Origin: an uncultured archaeon | GTDB lineage: Archaea > Aenigmatarchaeota > Aenigmatarchaeia > GW2011-AR5 | Assembly (NCBI GenBank): GCA_964599215.1 | Contig: CAZRDV010000005.1 | Coordinates: forward strand, 1-58,317 | DNA: 58,317 nt | Direction: 5' to 3' | In this document: positions 46,596-55,793 of the stretch, piece after piece | How the letters are laid out: the number at the start of each line of letters is the position of its first letter | Numbering within the stretch: position 1 is the stretch's first letter | Notes under the pieces: generated by a model | The model's database searches: none | What the model was told of the DNA's origin: nothing | What the model saw: only the letters and a program-made list of their open reading frames with translations | Made by a program: the position numbers and the translations under genes

Positions 46596-47945
46596 ATGGA
46601 GAAGCTTAGGCCGATAGTTCTACGGCAGATACGGCCTTCAAAGGCAGAGAAAAAGAAAGTGGAAGAGTTTGTAAGGGAGATGCTCCGTGTATCTAAGACC
46701 ATAAGCGGGCTTGATTCCATCCTCTGTGGATCTATAGGAAAGTTCACCTGGCTTAAGGGGGATCATGACATAGACATGTTCATGCTCTTCCCAAAAACAG
46801 TTTCAAGGGAGGAGCTGGAGAAAAAGGGGCTCTTGTACGGCAAGAGGATAACAGCTGCGCTGAAAGGCAGGCATGTAATAAAATATGCAGAGCATCCATA
46901 TGTCCATGCCTGTATTAAGGGATTCCACGTTGACATAGTTCCGTGCTACAGAATAAAAAAAGGTGAACAGATAAAATCAGCTGTTGACAGGTCGCCGCTG
47001 CACCTGGAGTATATACTGGAGAAGCTTAATCCGGGCCTACGGGACGATGTCCGCCTGCTAAAACAGTTCTGCAAAGGCATTTCTGTTTACGGCTCTGATG
47101 CAAAGAATCTTGGTTTCTCTGGCTACATATGCGAGCTGCTTGTTATAAAATATGGGACATTTGAGGATGTCCTGGAAAAAGCAAGCAGATGGTCTGCATC
47201 ACATTTAGTACGTACGGAGCTCCTTGGGAAGACGAGAAAATTCCCAGATCATTCATTGATAGTTATAGACCCGATAGACGCGAAGAGGAATGCAGCTGCC
47301 AACCTGAGCAATGAGAATTTTTTTAGATTCGTAAGAGCCTCAAAAAGTTTTCTTGAAAGCCCGTCAAGAAAATATTTCTTCCCAGGCCCTCAAAAGCAGC
47401 TCAGCGAAAGCGAAATAAACAGCCTGCATAAAAGGAGGACGCAGTTCATTGCAATAAAGTTCAGGAAACCGGATATTGTAGATGACATCCTTTACCTGCA
47501 GGTAAGAAGAGCGCTCAGGCGGTTACATAGCCTGCTCAGGTACAATGAGTTCATCGTAATGAGAAGCTATGAGTTCGTCGGCAAAGACGTTTTACTGATA
47601 TTCGAAATGGAGACCTGGTCGCTTCCCGATGTAAAGAAGATGAAAGGCCCGCCTATTTTCTCGCAGAAGCACAGCAAAGAGTTTCTAACAAAATACAAAG
47701 AGCAGTTCTACATAGAAGGGAAAAACTGGGTTGCTGAGGTTGAGCGAAGAAACAAAACAGCAAAGGAGTTGTTAAAGAACTTCATAAGTACTGCAAAACA
47801 GCTGGAGAGCGATGGCATCCCCAAGAATATTGCAAAGGAATTCAGCAAAGCAAGGATGCTTGAGCATGAGATGTTCTGGAGATTCGTCAGAAGAAACAAA
47901 GAGCTATCTGCATTTCTCAGAAAGAAATACTTTGAAGAATTGTGA
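46596..47945 (+). CDS. cca: Archaeal class I CCA-adding enzyme
   Basis: GS..K.TWL.GD.DID.F, YAEHPY, VDRSPLH, GFSGY.CELL..KYG. Confidence 0.96.
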   Translation: MEKLRPIVLRQIRPSKAEKKKVEEFVREMLRVSKTISGLDSILCGSIGKFTWLKGDHDIDMFMLFPKTVSREELEKKGLLYGKRITAALKGRHVIKYAEHPYVHACIKGFHVDIVPCYRIKKGEQIKSAVDRSPLHLEYILEKLNPGLRDDVRLLKQFCKGISVYGSDAKNLGFSGYICELLVIKYGTFEDVLEKASRWSASHLVRTELLGKTRKFPDHSLIVIDPIDAKRNAAANLSNENFFRFVRASKSFLESPSRKYFFPGPQKQLSESEINSLHKRRTQFIAIKFRKPDIVDDILYLQVRRALRRLHSLLRYNEFIVMRSYEFVGKDVLLIFEMETWSLPDVKKMKGPPIFSQKHSKEFLTKYKEQFYIEGKNWVAEVERRNKTAKELLKNFISTAKQLESDGIPKNIAKEFSKARMLEHEMFWRFVRRNKELSAFLRKKYFEEL

Positions 47946-48287
47946 TTATTTCTCCACTTCTCTATGAACGCGTGCCTTTGGCGGGGTCACGATTATCCAG
48001 TCGTCTCCGATACCTGCTATGTCCCCGTTTATAGCAAGGCAGGTCTTCCTTATCCTTGCTATTGCCCTTTTCAGGTCGTTCATATCCTTTTCGCGGAGAC
48101 CCTTTATCTTGACAAGAAGAATAAGCCCGTCCCTGACCTTTTTCTGAATCCTGTCAGAATCCTCGTAATTATTCATCCGTTCGACCTGTATCGAGAGCTT
48201 CTCCGGTACATTCGTACTGCCTTCTATTTCAAGCTCCAGATATTCATGAGGCGAGCCAAACCTCCCCAAAAGATCTTTTAGCGGCAT
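47946..48287 (-). CDS. sepF: Cell division protein SepF
   Basis: LKRAIARIRKTC.AINGDIAGIGDDWIIVTP. Confidence 0.9.
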   Translation of the reverse strand: MPLKDLLGRFGSPHEYLELEIEGSTNVPEKLSIQVERMNNYEDSDRIQKKVRDGLILLVKIKGLREKDMNDLKRAIARIRKTCLAINGDIAGIGDDWIIVTPPKARVHREVEK

Positions 48288-48349
48288 CTTATCGATTATA
48301 CTCTACTAGAAATACTTAAATCCTTAACCGTAAGAAAAAGGCTTTAATA

Positions 48350-48601
48350 CTAACACTCCTTGTTCATGGTCTCCAGCATAGAGACAATGTTCCATATCTG
48401 TGTTCTCGTATAAATGGGTATGTTGGGATCATTGCTGACGTTATCGAGTATAGAAACAGCAGAATTTATCCTGACCTCCATGTCTTTTTGGGCATCATTA
48501 AGGTCGGTTTTTGCTTCCTGTACCAATGATCTTATGTTTCTGGGTACTGTCCTGTCTTCGCTTATCTCATCCAGCAACTTGTTCATGCTTTCGATATCCA
48601 T
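48350..48601 (-). CDS. UPF0147 family protein
   Basis: DRTVPRNIR, DNVSNDPNIP.YTRTQIWNIVSMLE. Confidence 0.92.
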   Translation of the reverse strand: MDIESMNKLLDEISEDRTVPRNIRSLVQEAKTDLNDAQKDMEVRINSAVSILDNVSNDPNIPIYTRTQIWNIVSMLETMNKEC

Positions 48602-48626
48602 ATTTGTCCCCTCTATTAATAAAATC

Positions 48627-48959
48627 TTAACCACCTGCTTTGGTTTTGGTGAACTCCTGGAACTTCTCCTGAATCTCCTTTATCCTTTTCTTGAGAAGTG
48701 TCTCCTGCTTCTCTAGGCTGTTTAGCTTAAGCTCTGTTTCCTCTTTTGCCTCTTCAAGGTCCTTTTTTACCTCCTCTTTTCCTGCTTTTACAAGTATAGG
48801 GCCTACTGTTTTGTATATCTCCTCACTGCCTTTTTCCAACTCTTCCAACGCCCTTTGCGTCTCATTGTTCTGTATCATCAGGGATTGCTTCTGTATAAGG
48901 ACTGTCTGTAGCTGCTGGTTCTGCAACTGCAATTCATTTAACAGCTTTTCTATTTCCAT
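48627..48959 (-). CDS. pfdB: Prefoldin beta subunit
   Basis: ALEELEK..EEIYKTVGPILVK hairpin between coiled coils. Confidence 0.93.
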   Translation of the reverse strand: MEIEKLLNELQLQNQQLQTVLIQKQSLMIQNNETQRALEELEKGSEEIYKTVGPILVKAGKEEVKKDLEEAKEETELKLNSLEKQETLLKKRIKEIQEKFQEFTKTKAGG

Positions 48960-48964
48960 AACAA

Positions 48965-49093
48965 CTACCTTGCTAACACCCTTTTCTTGAAAGGCGGTCT
49001 TATCTTTGTTAGTATCCTAAAGCCACAGTAAGGGCACCTTACCCTGTCTTCTATAGCGAACTCCTTCTTGCATTTCAGACATTTGTAATTCAT
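48965..49093 (-). CDS. rpoP: RNA polymerase subunit P (Rpo12)
   Basis: YKCLKC...RCPYCGFRILTKIRP. Confidence 0.93.
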   Translation of the reverse strand: MNYKCLKCKKEFAIEDRVRCPYCGFRILTKIRPPFKKRVLAR

Positions 49094-49127
49094 AATATCA
49101 TGCCTATTTTTAGCCAACTTTTTAAAT

Positions 49128-49310
49128 TTATCTTGCAAACTCGAATGCATCAGAGGCAAACCTCTTTCCGCATTTTCTGCAAGACCAGACACCTGCTGAA
49201 ATGTATTTGACGCTTAGCCTTGAACAAGACGGGCACCTGTAGGTACTCTTCCTTTTCCTGTTTATGTCATCTACTTTCTCCCTTATTTTCTTGCCATAAC
49301 CAACAACCAT
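49128..49310 (-). CDS. rpl37ae: 50S ribosomal protein L37Ae, N-terminally shortened
   Basis: YGKKIR, CPSC...SAGVWSCRKCG; conserved position upstream of rpoP. Confidence 0.88.
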   Translation of the reverse strand: MVVGYGKKIREKVDDINRKRKSTYRCPSCSRLSVKYISAGVWSCRKCGKRFASDAFEFAR

Positions 49311-49421
49311 AAGAATCACTATACATTTGAATGTAACATTTAAATAGTTAGAATCTTTTGGAATACGATTGCAGTCAATAGAAATTAATCTTTAAAAGGA
49401 TTTCGATGATGATAGAAACGG

Positions 49422-49733
49422 ATGATACAAATGGAAGAAAGAGTAGGAAGATGCTACACCACAGAAGCACCTATGCGACTCAAGAAGAAAATAGAGGCTT
49501 ATGCTGGTCCAGGCGAACTGTTATATATTGATTTTGGTTTTAAGAGCATGTCTCCTAGCGAAGAGACAGGTGCTCCTGTAGAAAGGATACATATGGTATT
49601 CCTAGGTACATATGAAGAGCATGTCACTTTTCATGATTATCTATTACAAATCGGATTAGCCCCTCCTGAAGAAAAAACCCGCTATGAAGGAAAGATTGTT
49701 TATCTTGACATGAATGACCAAGAAACATGGTAG
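49422..49733 (+). CDS. Hypothetical protein
   Basis: 103 aa; TATA-like CTTTAAAA upstream. Confidence 0.55.
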   Translation: MIQMEERVGRCYTTEAPMRLKKKIEAYAGPGELLYIDFGFKSMSPSEETGAPVERIHMVFLGTYEEHVTFHDYLLQIGLAPPEEKTRYEGKIVYLDMNDQETW

Positions 49734-49742
49734 ACTGAATCC

Positions 49743-49970
49743 ATGGACTTGGAATACGAATGTTTAAAATATCTTCTGGTTGCAAGTAATAACATGTCAG
49801 GCTATGCTAGAATCGTTCCAAAGGGCTATGAGCTACGATACGGGCTTGAGGACCCAGGAACCAAAGAAATTGTTTATACAAGCAAAGACTTTGGGGATGT
49901 GGGAGATGAAATAGATAGAAGACCAGGCAAATTCATAATCGGGCATTTTCTAGTTCCTGTCAGGGATTAA
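49743..49970 (+). CDS. Hypothetical protein
   Basis: 75 aa, 9 nt after the previous stop. Confidence 0.55.
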   Translation: MDLEYECLKYLLVASNNMSGYARIVPKGYELRYGLEDPGTKEIVYTSKDFGDVGDEIDRRPGKFIIGHFLVPVRD

Positions 49971-51830
49971 TTATCTCAGCCTGACTGTTTCTAAATTCTT
50001 TGGCGTTGTTGTCTCGCTCTTGATGAGCTTGTGTATGGTCCTTGCAAGCTCAACGCACTTTGAATTCTCACCGTGATTAATTATCACCTTTCTTGGCTTG
50101 TTCTTCAGGTGCTGAAGGAAATCTAGCAGTTGTTTTTGATCGGAATGGCCTGACAGCCCGTCAACAGTTGATATACCCAGCTTTAGCTCTACGCTCTTGC
50201 CATTATCCAGCTGGACCTGCTTCCATCCCTTTTGAATCCTTCGACCCATTGTCCCTTCTGCCTGGTAGCCGACAAAGAGCAGCATGTTCTTTTCATTGCC
50301 TGAAAAGTTCTGCAGGTATTCCATTACAGGACCGCCTACAAGCATGCCTGATGTTGCAAGTACTACAGCAGGCTTTGTGCTTTGCAGAACTTCCTCTCGC
50401 TCTTTCTGGGAACCTATGCCCTTCAGTCTTGGATCCAGGAACGGATTCTTGCCTTTGTGCAGTATCTGGTTCTGGATGTTCTTTGACATGAATTCCGGAT
50501 ATGCGGTATGTATTGCTGTAGCATCCCATAGCATGCCGTCCAGGTAGATAGGCACGTCTATATCGCTGTCAGCCAGGATAGCTATAACATCCTGGCTCCT
50601 GCCAACAGCAAAGCAAGGTATCAATACTTTACCACCCCTTTCCACTGTTTTCTTGACTGCTTCCATCAGCTGCTTTTCACCGTCTTCATGGCTTGGCAGC
50701 GAATCTTCGTTGCTGCCGTATGTTGATTCTATTATTACTGCTTCTATCCTTGCGAAATCCGTGGACGCCTTTTCAAACAGCTTTGTCTTCTCGAATTTCA
50801 TGTCCCCTGTATACAGTACGTTGTAAAGCCCGTCACCTATGTGGATGTGTATTGAAGAAGACCCCATGAGATGCCCTGCGTTCTGAAGGGTCAGCCTCAT
50901 ATCCGGGCTTATGTCAGACACCTCACCGTACTCCAGGCCAATGCAGTGTTTTATTGCTTCTTCTATGCCTTTTGAGGTGTAAGGAGGCTTTTTGTTTTCC
51001 CTCTGGCAGACTTGTATGTAGTCTAACTGGAGAAGTGCCATCAGGTCCCTTGTTGGTTTTGTGCAGTAAAGCGGACCTTTGTAGCCGTATTCGTATAAAT
51101 ATGGTATTAATCCGCAATGATCTAGATGAGCGTGCGAGAGTATAACAGCATCAAGCTCCTGTATATGGAACTCCGGAGCCTCCAGATAAGGAAATGGTTT
51201 GGTTGCAGAGCCTACAGATATCCCGCAGTCCAGCAATACCTTGCTCTGCGGCGTTTGTAACAAAATGCATGATCTGCCGACTTCTCTGAAACCGCCAAGT
51301 GCAGTAAACCTTATCCACTCGACCTCTTTGCTTTCAGAGTATATCTTTTCCCCAAGTTCATGCAGGAATTTTTTCCTGTAGCTTGTCTCCTTGTGCAGCA
51401 TCTTTCTTATGGATTTTATGATCTCTGAATCTATCACAGGCGCTCTCTTGATGTCAGGTGTCCAGAAGGTCTTCTCCTTTATTGTATTGAGTGTCTCTCC
51501 GCTCTTCCCGATTACCAGGCCTGGTTTCTCAGCATGGATAACTACCTTGGCAAACTCAGGCTCGAAATACAAGTCCTTTATGCCTGCATCTGCTGGAACG
51601 ATTTTCTTAATTATCTCTTCTGTTTTTTCTTCTTCCACGACAATGGAAGGGTCTGACCTTACCTCAATCCTTTTCTTTACCTTGTTGACAATCTTCTTTA
51701 TGAGCTGGGTTGAGTTTTTGAAGAACTCCTTGTTCTTTGTATAGAGTATTATCTCGCTTGCCTCGTAGCATACCTCGCTTATCATTGCGTCTTTTGGCAG
51801 TTGTGTTTTTATCTCATCCAAAATCGTCAT
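49971..51830 (-). CDS. fttA: aCPSF1/FttA beta-CASP ribonuclease with KH domains
   Basis: KH region IGKSGE, LGGFREVGRS, SHAHLDH, AGHLMGS, ESTYG, GLSGHSD, HGE. Confidence 0.97.
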   Translation of the reverse strand: MTILDEIKTQLPKDAMISEVCYEASEIILYTKNKEFFKNSTQLIKKIVNKVKKRIEVRSDPSIVVEEEKTEEIIKKIVPADAGIKDLYFEPEFAKVVIHAEKPGLVIGKSGETLNTIKEKTFWTPDIKRAPVIDSEIIKSIRKMLHKETSYRKKFLHELGEKIYSESKEVEWIRFTALGGFREVGRSCILLQTPQSKVLLDCGISVGSATKPFPYLEAPEFHIQELDAVILSHAHLDHCGLIPYLYEYGYKGPLYCTKPTRDLMALLQLDYIQVCQRENKKPPYTSKGIEEAIKHCIGLEYGEVSDISPDMRLTLQNAGHLMGSSSIHIHIGDGLYNVLYTGDMKFEKTKLFEKASTDFARIEAVIIESTYGSNEDSLPSHEDGEKQLMEAVKKTVERGGKVLIPCFAVGRSQDVIAILADSDIDVPIYLDGMLWDATAIHTAYPEFMSKNIQNQILHKGKNPFLDPRLKGIGSQKEREEVLQSTKPAVVLATSGMLVGGPVMEYLQNFSGNEKNMLLFVGYQAEGTMGRRIQKGWKQVQLDNGKSVELKLGISTVDGLSGHSDQKQLLDFLQHLKNKPRKVIINHGENSKCVELARTIHKLIKSETTTPKNLETVRLR

Positions 51831-51886
51831 CTCTAAACACCTCAGTTTATTATAAAAAACATATCCATGCCGGGATCAGAACCGAT

Positions 51887-52510
51887 TTACTTTGCAAATT
51901 CTTTTATTTTCTCCTTATCCACGAAATTTACTCCGCTATTGTCAATGGTTACAACAGTGATATCTTCACCGCCAGAGAAAACGTCCCTTTCCCTGGCTGC
52001 TCTTACTGCTCTCACTGCCAGCCTGGTCCCTTCTTCCTTTGTCAAACCGTCCTTGAAATCATTTTCCAGTACACCATAGGCCATGGGCGAGCCTGAACCA
52101 GTTGAAATATACCTATCTTTTTCAATGCCTCCAACAGGATCTACGCTGAATACGTGCTCACCATACTTGTCAATGCCACCTATTATCGGCATCATCATGT
52201 ACGGATAAAACCTGCTGGATTGGAGAACATTTGCCAGTAGAGTTGTTACTGCCTTAACTGTGAATTCAGCATTTCTGGTCAGTTTGTACAGATTTATCTC
52301 AGCTCTCAACAGCCTGATTATTGCCTGGGCATCGCCAACACCGCCAGCTATTGTCAGCGCTATCTTATCATCTATCTGATGTATTTTTTCTGCTCTTTTG
52401 CTGGATACCATGAAACCCAGGGTACTCTTGCTCTCAGCTGCAAGGATAACACAATCCTTACAAGCAAGCCCTACAGTTGTGGTACCTGTTTTCAGTCTTT
52501 CTTCTTGCAA
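51887..52510 (-). CDS. psmB: Proteasome beta subunit
   Basis: Propeptide junction KTG|TTTVG, GGVGDAQ, TGSGS..AYGVLE, RERD..SG. Confidence 0.97.
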   Translation of the reverse strand: MQEERLKTGTTTVGLACKDCVILAAESKSTLGFMVSSKRAEKIHQIDDKIALTIAGGVGDAQAIIRLLRAEINLYKLTRNAEFTVKAVTTLLANVLQSSRFYPYMMMPIIGGIDKYGEHVFSVDPVGGIEKDRYISTGSGSPMAYGVLENDFKDGLTKEEGTRLAVRAVRAARERDVFSGGEDITVVTIDNSGVNFVDKEKIKEFAK

Positions 52511-52647
52511 CTTTCAACACCTTTAACGTAAGAATTTGGTTTATTTTAATAAGACCGAGAAGTATTTAAAGATTAATCAGCAGGTTTGGCAGCCAAGGGC
52601 CTAAATGCAAAAGAATCTTTTTAATCACAGACAATTATAAAATTAGT

Positions 52648-54063
52648 ATGAGGTACTGTCTTGCACTCTTTTTATGCCTGATAGCTATCAGTGGCTGTAT
52701 TTCACAATTGCAGCTATCCAGAGCAGACACGGCTTGTAAAGCAGATTCTGACTGTAGGCTTGTGCTTTCTGAAGGGTGCCCTGCCTGCCCAAGCTGCAAA
52801 GAATACAGGCTAGGAGACCCTGAAATCATAGCTGTGAATATGACATGGTCTTCCCGGTGTCCACAAACGCAAGGCACTGCCTGTGTCCAGTGTGTAACAA
52901 CGATTCTAATGGATGGATCATACGAGGCACGCTGTATAAATAATACGTGCACTAAGGTAGAAGCTACCCAGGCTGCTAAGGCAGCAGAAAATATTACAGC
53001 AACGAATACTACAGATAATTTCACCATGATAGTTGCTTTAGCAGGTGGCGGAGGCAGCTCTGAGCCAGAGCTGCCTGACTGGATATGGTACAGGAGCTAT
53101 GACAGCGGAGGCAGTGACCGTGCTACTGACGTTGCTACAGACAGCCAGGACAATATAATAGTTACAGGAAGCTACAATATAGTCGAAGACTATGACTACC
53201 TTACTGTAAAGTACGATACCAATGGTACGTTTCTCTGGAACAAGACCTACGACAGCCAGGGAAATGCCTGGGCTTTTGGTGTTGCCATAGACAGCCAGGA
53301 CAATATAATAATCATAGGTGATTACAACCCTTACGATTACGACTATTTCATTATAAAGTACAATTCAAGTGGAAGCATGCTCTGGAGTGAGACATACGAC
53401 ACCGGGCATTTTGAAAGGGCATTTGATGTTGCTCTTGACAGTGATGATAATATAATAGTCACAGGGCAGTCAGATGACAACTTCCTTACTATAAAGTACG
53501 ATTCAGACGGCACGTTCCTCTGGAACAGGACATATGACAGCGGGAATGCTGACAGGTCTTACGGCATAGCCACAGACAGCCAGGACAATGTAATAGTTAC
53601 AGGAAGCACAAATACAGCTGGAAATGATGACTACCTGACTATAAAGTACAATTCAATTGGCGAGGAGCTCTGGAGAAGGACTTATGATATAGGAAATGAC
53701 TATGCTTTTTCTGTAGCCACAGACAGCCAGGACAATGTAATAGTTACAGGAGAGTCTGATTCTAATTATCTGACTATAAAGTACAACTCGTCTGGCAGTG
53801 AGTTATGGCAGGTACTATACGACAGCGGGTATGATGATGCTTCTTTTGCAGTTGACACAGACAGCCAGGACAATATTGTAATCAACGGCGAGGCTAATGA
53901 TAATTATATGATTATAAAATATTCTCCAGACGGCAGCGTATTATGGTACACTGTCTATGACAGCGGAGGAGTTGACGAAGGTTACGGAATCACTATAAAC
54001 AAGGAGGATAATATAATAGCAACAGGCAATTCTCTTGACAATTACTTTACTCTAAAATACTAA
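52648..54063 (+). CDS. Putative lipoprotein with Cys-rich domain and 7-bladed SBBP-like beta-propeller
   Basis: Lipobox-like AISGC; CxxDxDC Cys-rich domain; seven D(S/K)xDNxxxxG repeats with Y.TIKY..G..LW. Confidence 0.85.
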   Translation: MRYCLALFLCLIAISGCISQLQLSRADTACKADSDCRLVLSEGCPACPSCKEYRLGDPEIIAVNMTWSSRCPQTQGTACVQCVTTILMDGSYEARCINNTCTKVEATQAAKAAENITATNTTDNFTMIVALAGGGGSSEPELPDWIWYRSYDSGGSDRATDVATDSQDNIIVTGSYNIVEDYDYLTVKYDTNGTFLWNKTYDSQGNAWAFGVAIDSQDNIIIIGDYNPYDYDYFIIKYNSSGSMLWSETYDTGHFERAFDVALDSDDNIIVTGQSDDNFLTIKYDSDGTFLWNRTYDSGNADRSYGIATDSQDNVIVTGSTNTAGNDDYLTIKYNSIGEELWRRTYDIGNDYAFSVATDSQDNVIVTGESDSNYLTIKYNSSGSELWQVLYDSGYDDASFAVDTDSQDNIVINGEANDNYMIIKYSPDGSVLWYTVYDSGGVDEGYGITINKEDNIIATGNSLDNYFTLKY

Positions 54064-54258
54064 TCAGCTGGAGAAGATTCTTTTTGATTTCAGCAGCTTC
54101 TCCTTGACTTCGCAGTTCTCATGGAACTTAGGATCAAGGCAGTTCAGGTTGCCAAAACCATCAAGCATGCACTCTAGAGTAGGGGATATGTAAGGGCAGT
54201 CGGTTTTCATAAGTCTGTCTAGTCTTGTACTGGGTTTTTTCTTTTTTCGCTTAGGCAT
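54064..54258 (-). CDS. Small basic Cys-containing hypothetical protein
   Basis: 64 aa with 4 Cys (CPY...C...C...C). Confidence 0.55.
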   Translation of the reverse strand: MPKRKKKKPSTRLDRLMKTDCPYISPTLECMLDGFGNLNCLDPKFHENCEVKEKLLKSKRIFSS

Positions 54259-54312
54259 GCAAATATTAACCCATGGCAGAATATAAAATTTTATTTACAG
54301 GAAAATCCTGTT

Positions 54313-55755
54313 TCAGTAGGCCTTTGCTATATACACTACGTGCGAAGCAGGCTTTCCACAAACTATGCATTTGCCAGCTGGCTTTTCTTTCTTATTAAAA
54401 AGCACACCGCGGACCTCTGCACCAAGGCTCTTTTCTATGCGCTCTGCGCAGGCCTCGCCTTTTTCATCAACGGAACAGAAATTGACCTTGACAAAACCGC
54501 CTTTCTCCATCATTTTTTCCAGCTCGTTAAAAGAGCCTGCCTCTTTTATATTCGATTCAGAATACTTTCTGGCAGCTGACCTGAGGCTCTTTGTCATCTC
54601 ATCAAGCTCGCTACGTACCGTTTTCTCCAGCTCTTTTTCATCTATAGTGATCTTCTTGCCATCTCTTCTTACCAGGGTAACCTGGTTCTTTTCTATATCC
54701 TTCGGCCCTATCTCTATTCTTAGCGGCACGCCTTTCATTTCCCATTCATTAAACTTGAACCCAGGCCTGTAGTTTCTTTCATCAAGCAGCGTTCGGAATT
54801 TGTCTAGCCTCTTGTTAACCTCAACTGCTTTTTTCATGACGTTCTTTTCTCTTCCTTTTAGCAGTATAGGCACAATGACTATCTGCAATGGCGCTATGTC
54901 AGGCGGAAGTACAAGGCCCTTATCGTCTCCGTGAAGCGAGATTACAGCCGCTGCTATTCTCGAGATACCAGGGCCAAAGCAGGTTTGATACACTAAATTC
55001 TTCTTGCCTTTCTCATCTGTGAAGCTTATGTCAAACGGCTTTGAGAATCTCTGCCCGAGATTGTGTGTGGTGCCGATTTGCAGTGTATTGCCATCAGGTA
55101 TTATTATTTCATAGGCATAGCTGGATTCTGCACCTGGGAACCTGTCCCAGGACGGCCTCTCGAAGAGTAGGAACGGTATGCCAAGCTCCGACAGGACAGC
55201 CTCAAAGATGCGCATATCTTCTTTTACCTGTTTTACTGCAGCTTCGTTGCTCTTCTGGGCAGTATGCGCCTCTATCCAGAAGAACTCTCTACCGCGCATC
55301 AGCGGCTTGGTCATTTTTGTTTCATATCTGTAAACCTGTACTGTCTGGTAGAGCTTTAGCGGCAGGTCGCTGTACGACCGTATCCACAAAGAATACATAG
55401 GATAAAATGCAGTTTCAGAAGTAGGCCTTAGGAACAAGCGCTCATCAAGCTCGTTCTTTCCTGCATGCGTTATCCAGAATACCTCATTCTCAAAGCCCTT
55501 TACATGCTCCTCTTCTTTCTTCAGGCTGCTTTCTGGTATGATTACAGGAAAGTTTACAGGCCTGTGCCCTGTCTTTTCCAGCTCTTTTTCTAAGGCATTG
55601 GCAATCTGCCTTATGATGAACATGCCCCACGGCATGTAGATTGGGAAGCCTTTTACAGGGTATCTTTTATCCAATATACCGCACTTGTCTATAACCTCAA
55701 GATACCATTTGCCGAAATCGCTCTTACTGGCTTTTATACCAAGTTCCTCTGACAT
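54313..55755 (-). CDS. proS: Prolyl-tRNA synthetase, archaeal/eukaryotic type
   Basis: RPTSET, RYETK..PL.R.REF.W.E.HT, GTTHNLG, C-terminal CIVCG...AKAY. Confidence 0.98.
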   Translation of the reverse strand: MSEELGIKASKSDFGKWYLEVIDKCGILDKRYPVKGFPIYMPWGMFIIRQIANALEKELEKTGHRPVNFPVIIPESSLKKEEEHVKGFENEVFWITHAGKNELDERLFLRPTSETAFYPMYSLWIRSYSDLPLKLYQTVQVYRYETKMTKPLMRGREFFWIEAHTAQKSNEAAVKQVKEDMRIFEAVLSELGIPFLLFERPSWDRFPGAESSYAYEIIIPDGNTLQIGTTHNLGQRFSKPFDISFTDEKGKKNLVYQTCFGPGISRIAAAVISLHGDDKGLVLPPDIAPLQIVIVPILLKGREKNVMKKAVEVNKRLDKFRTLLDERNYRPGFKFNEWEMKGVPLRIEIGPKDIEKNQVTLVRRDGKKITIDEKELEKTVRSELDEMTKSLRSAARKYSESNIKEAGSFNELEKMMEKGGFVKVNFCSVDEKGEACAERIEKSLGAEVRGVLFNKKEKPAGKCIVCGKPASHVVYIAKAY

Positions 55756-55793
55756 AATATCATTTGTCTCTGGCTATTTATAAATTCCAAAAA

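Noticed and set aside
53100-54060. Recurring ACAGACAGCCAGGACAAT units as a CRISPR or non-coding repeat
   Set aside because: They are in-frame coding repeats of propeller blades, and no cas genes are present.
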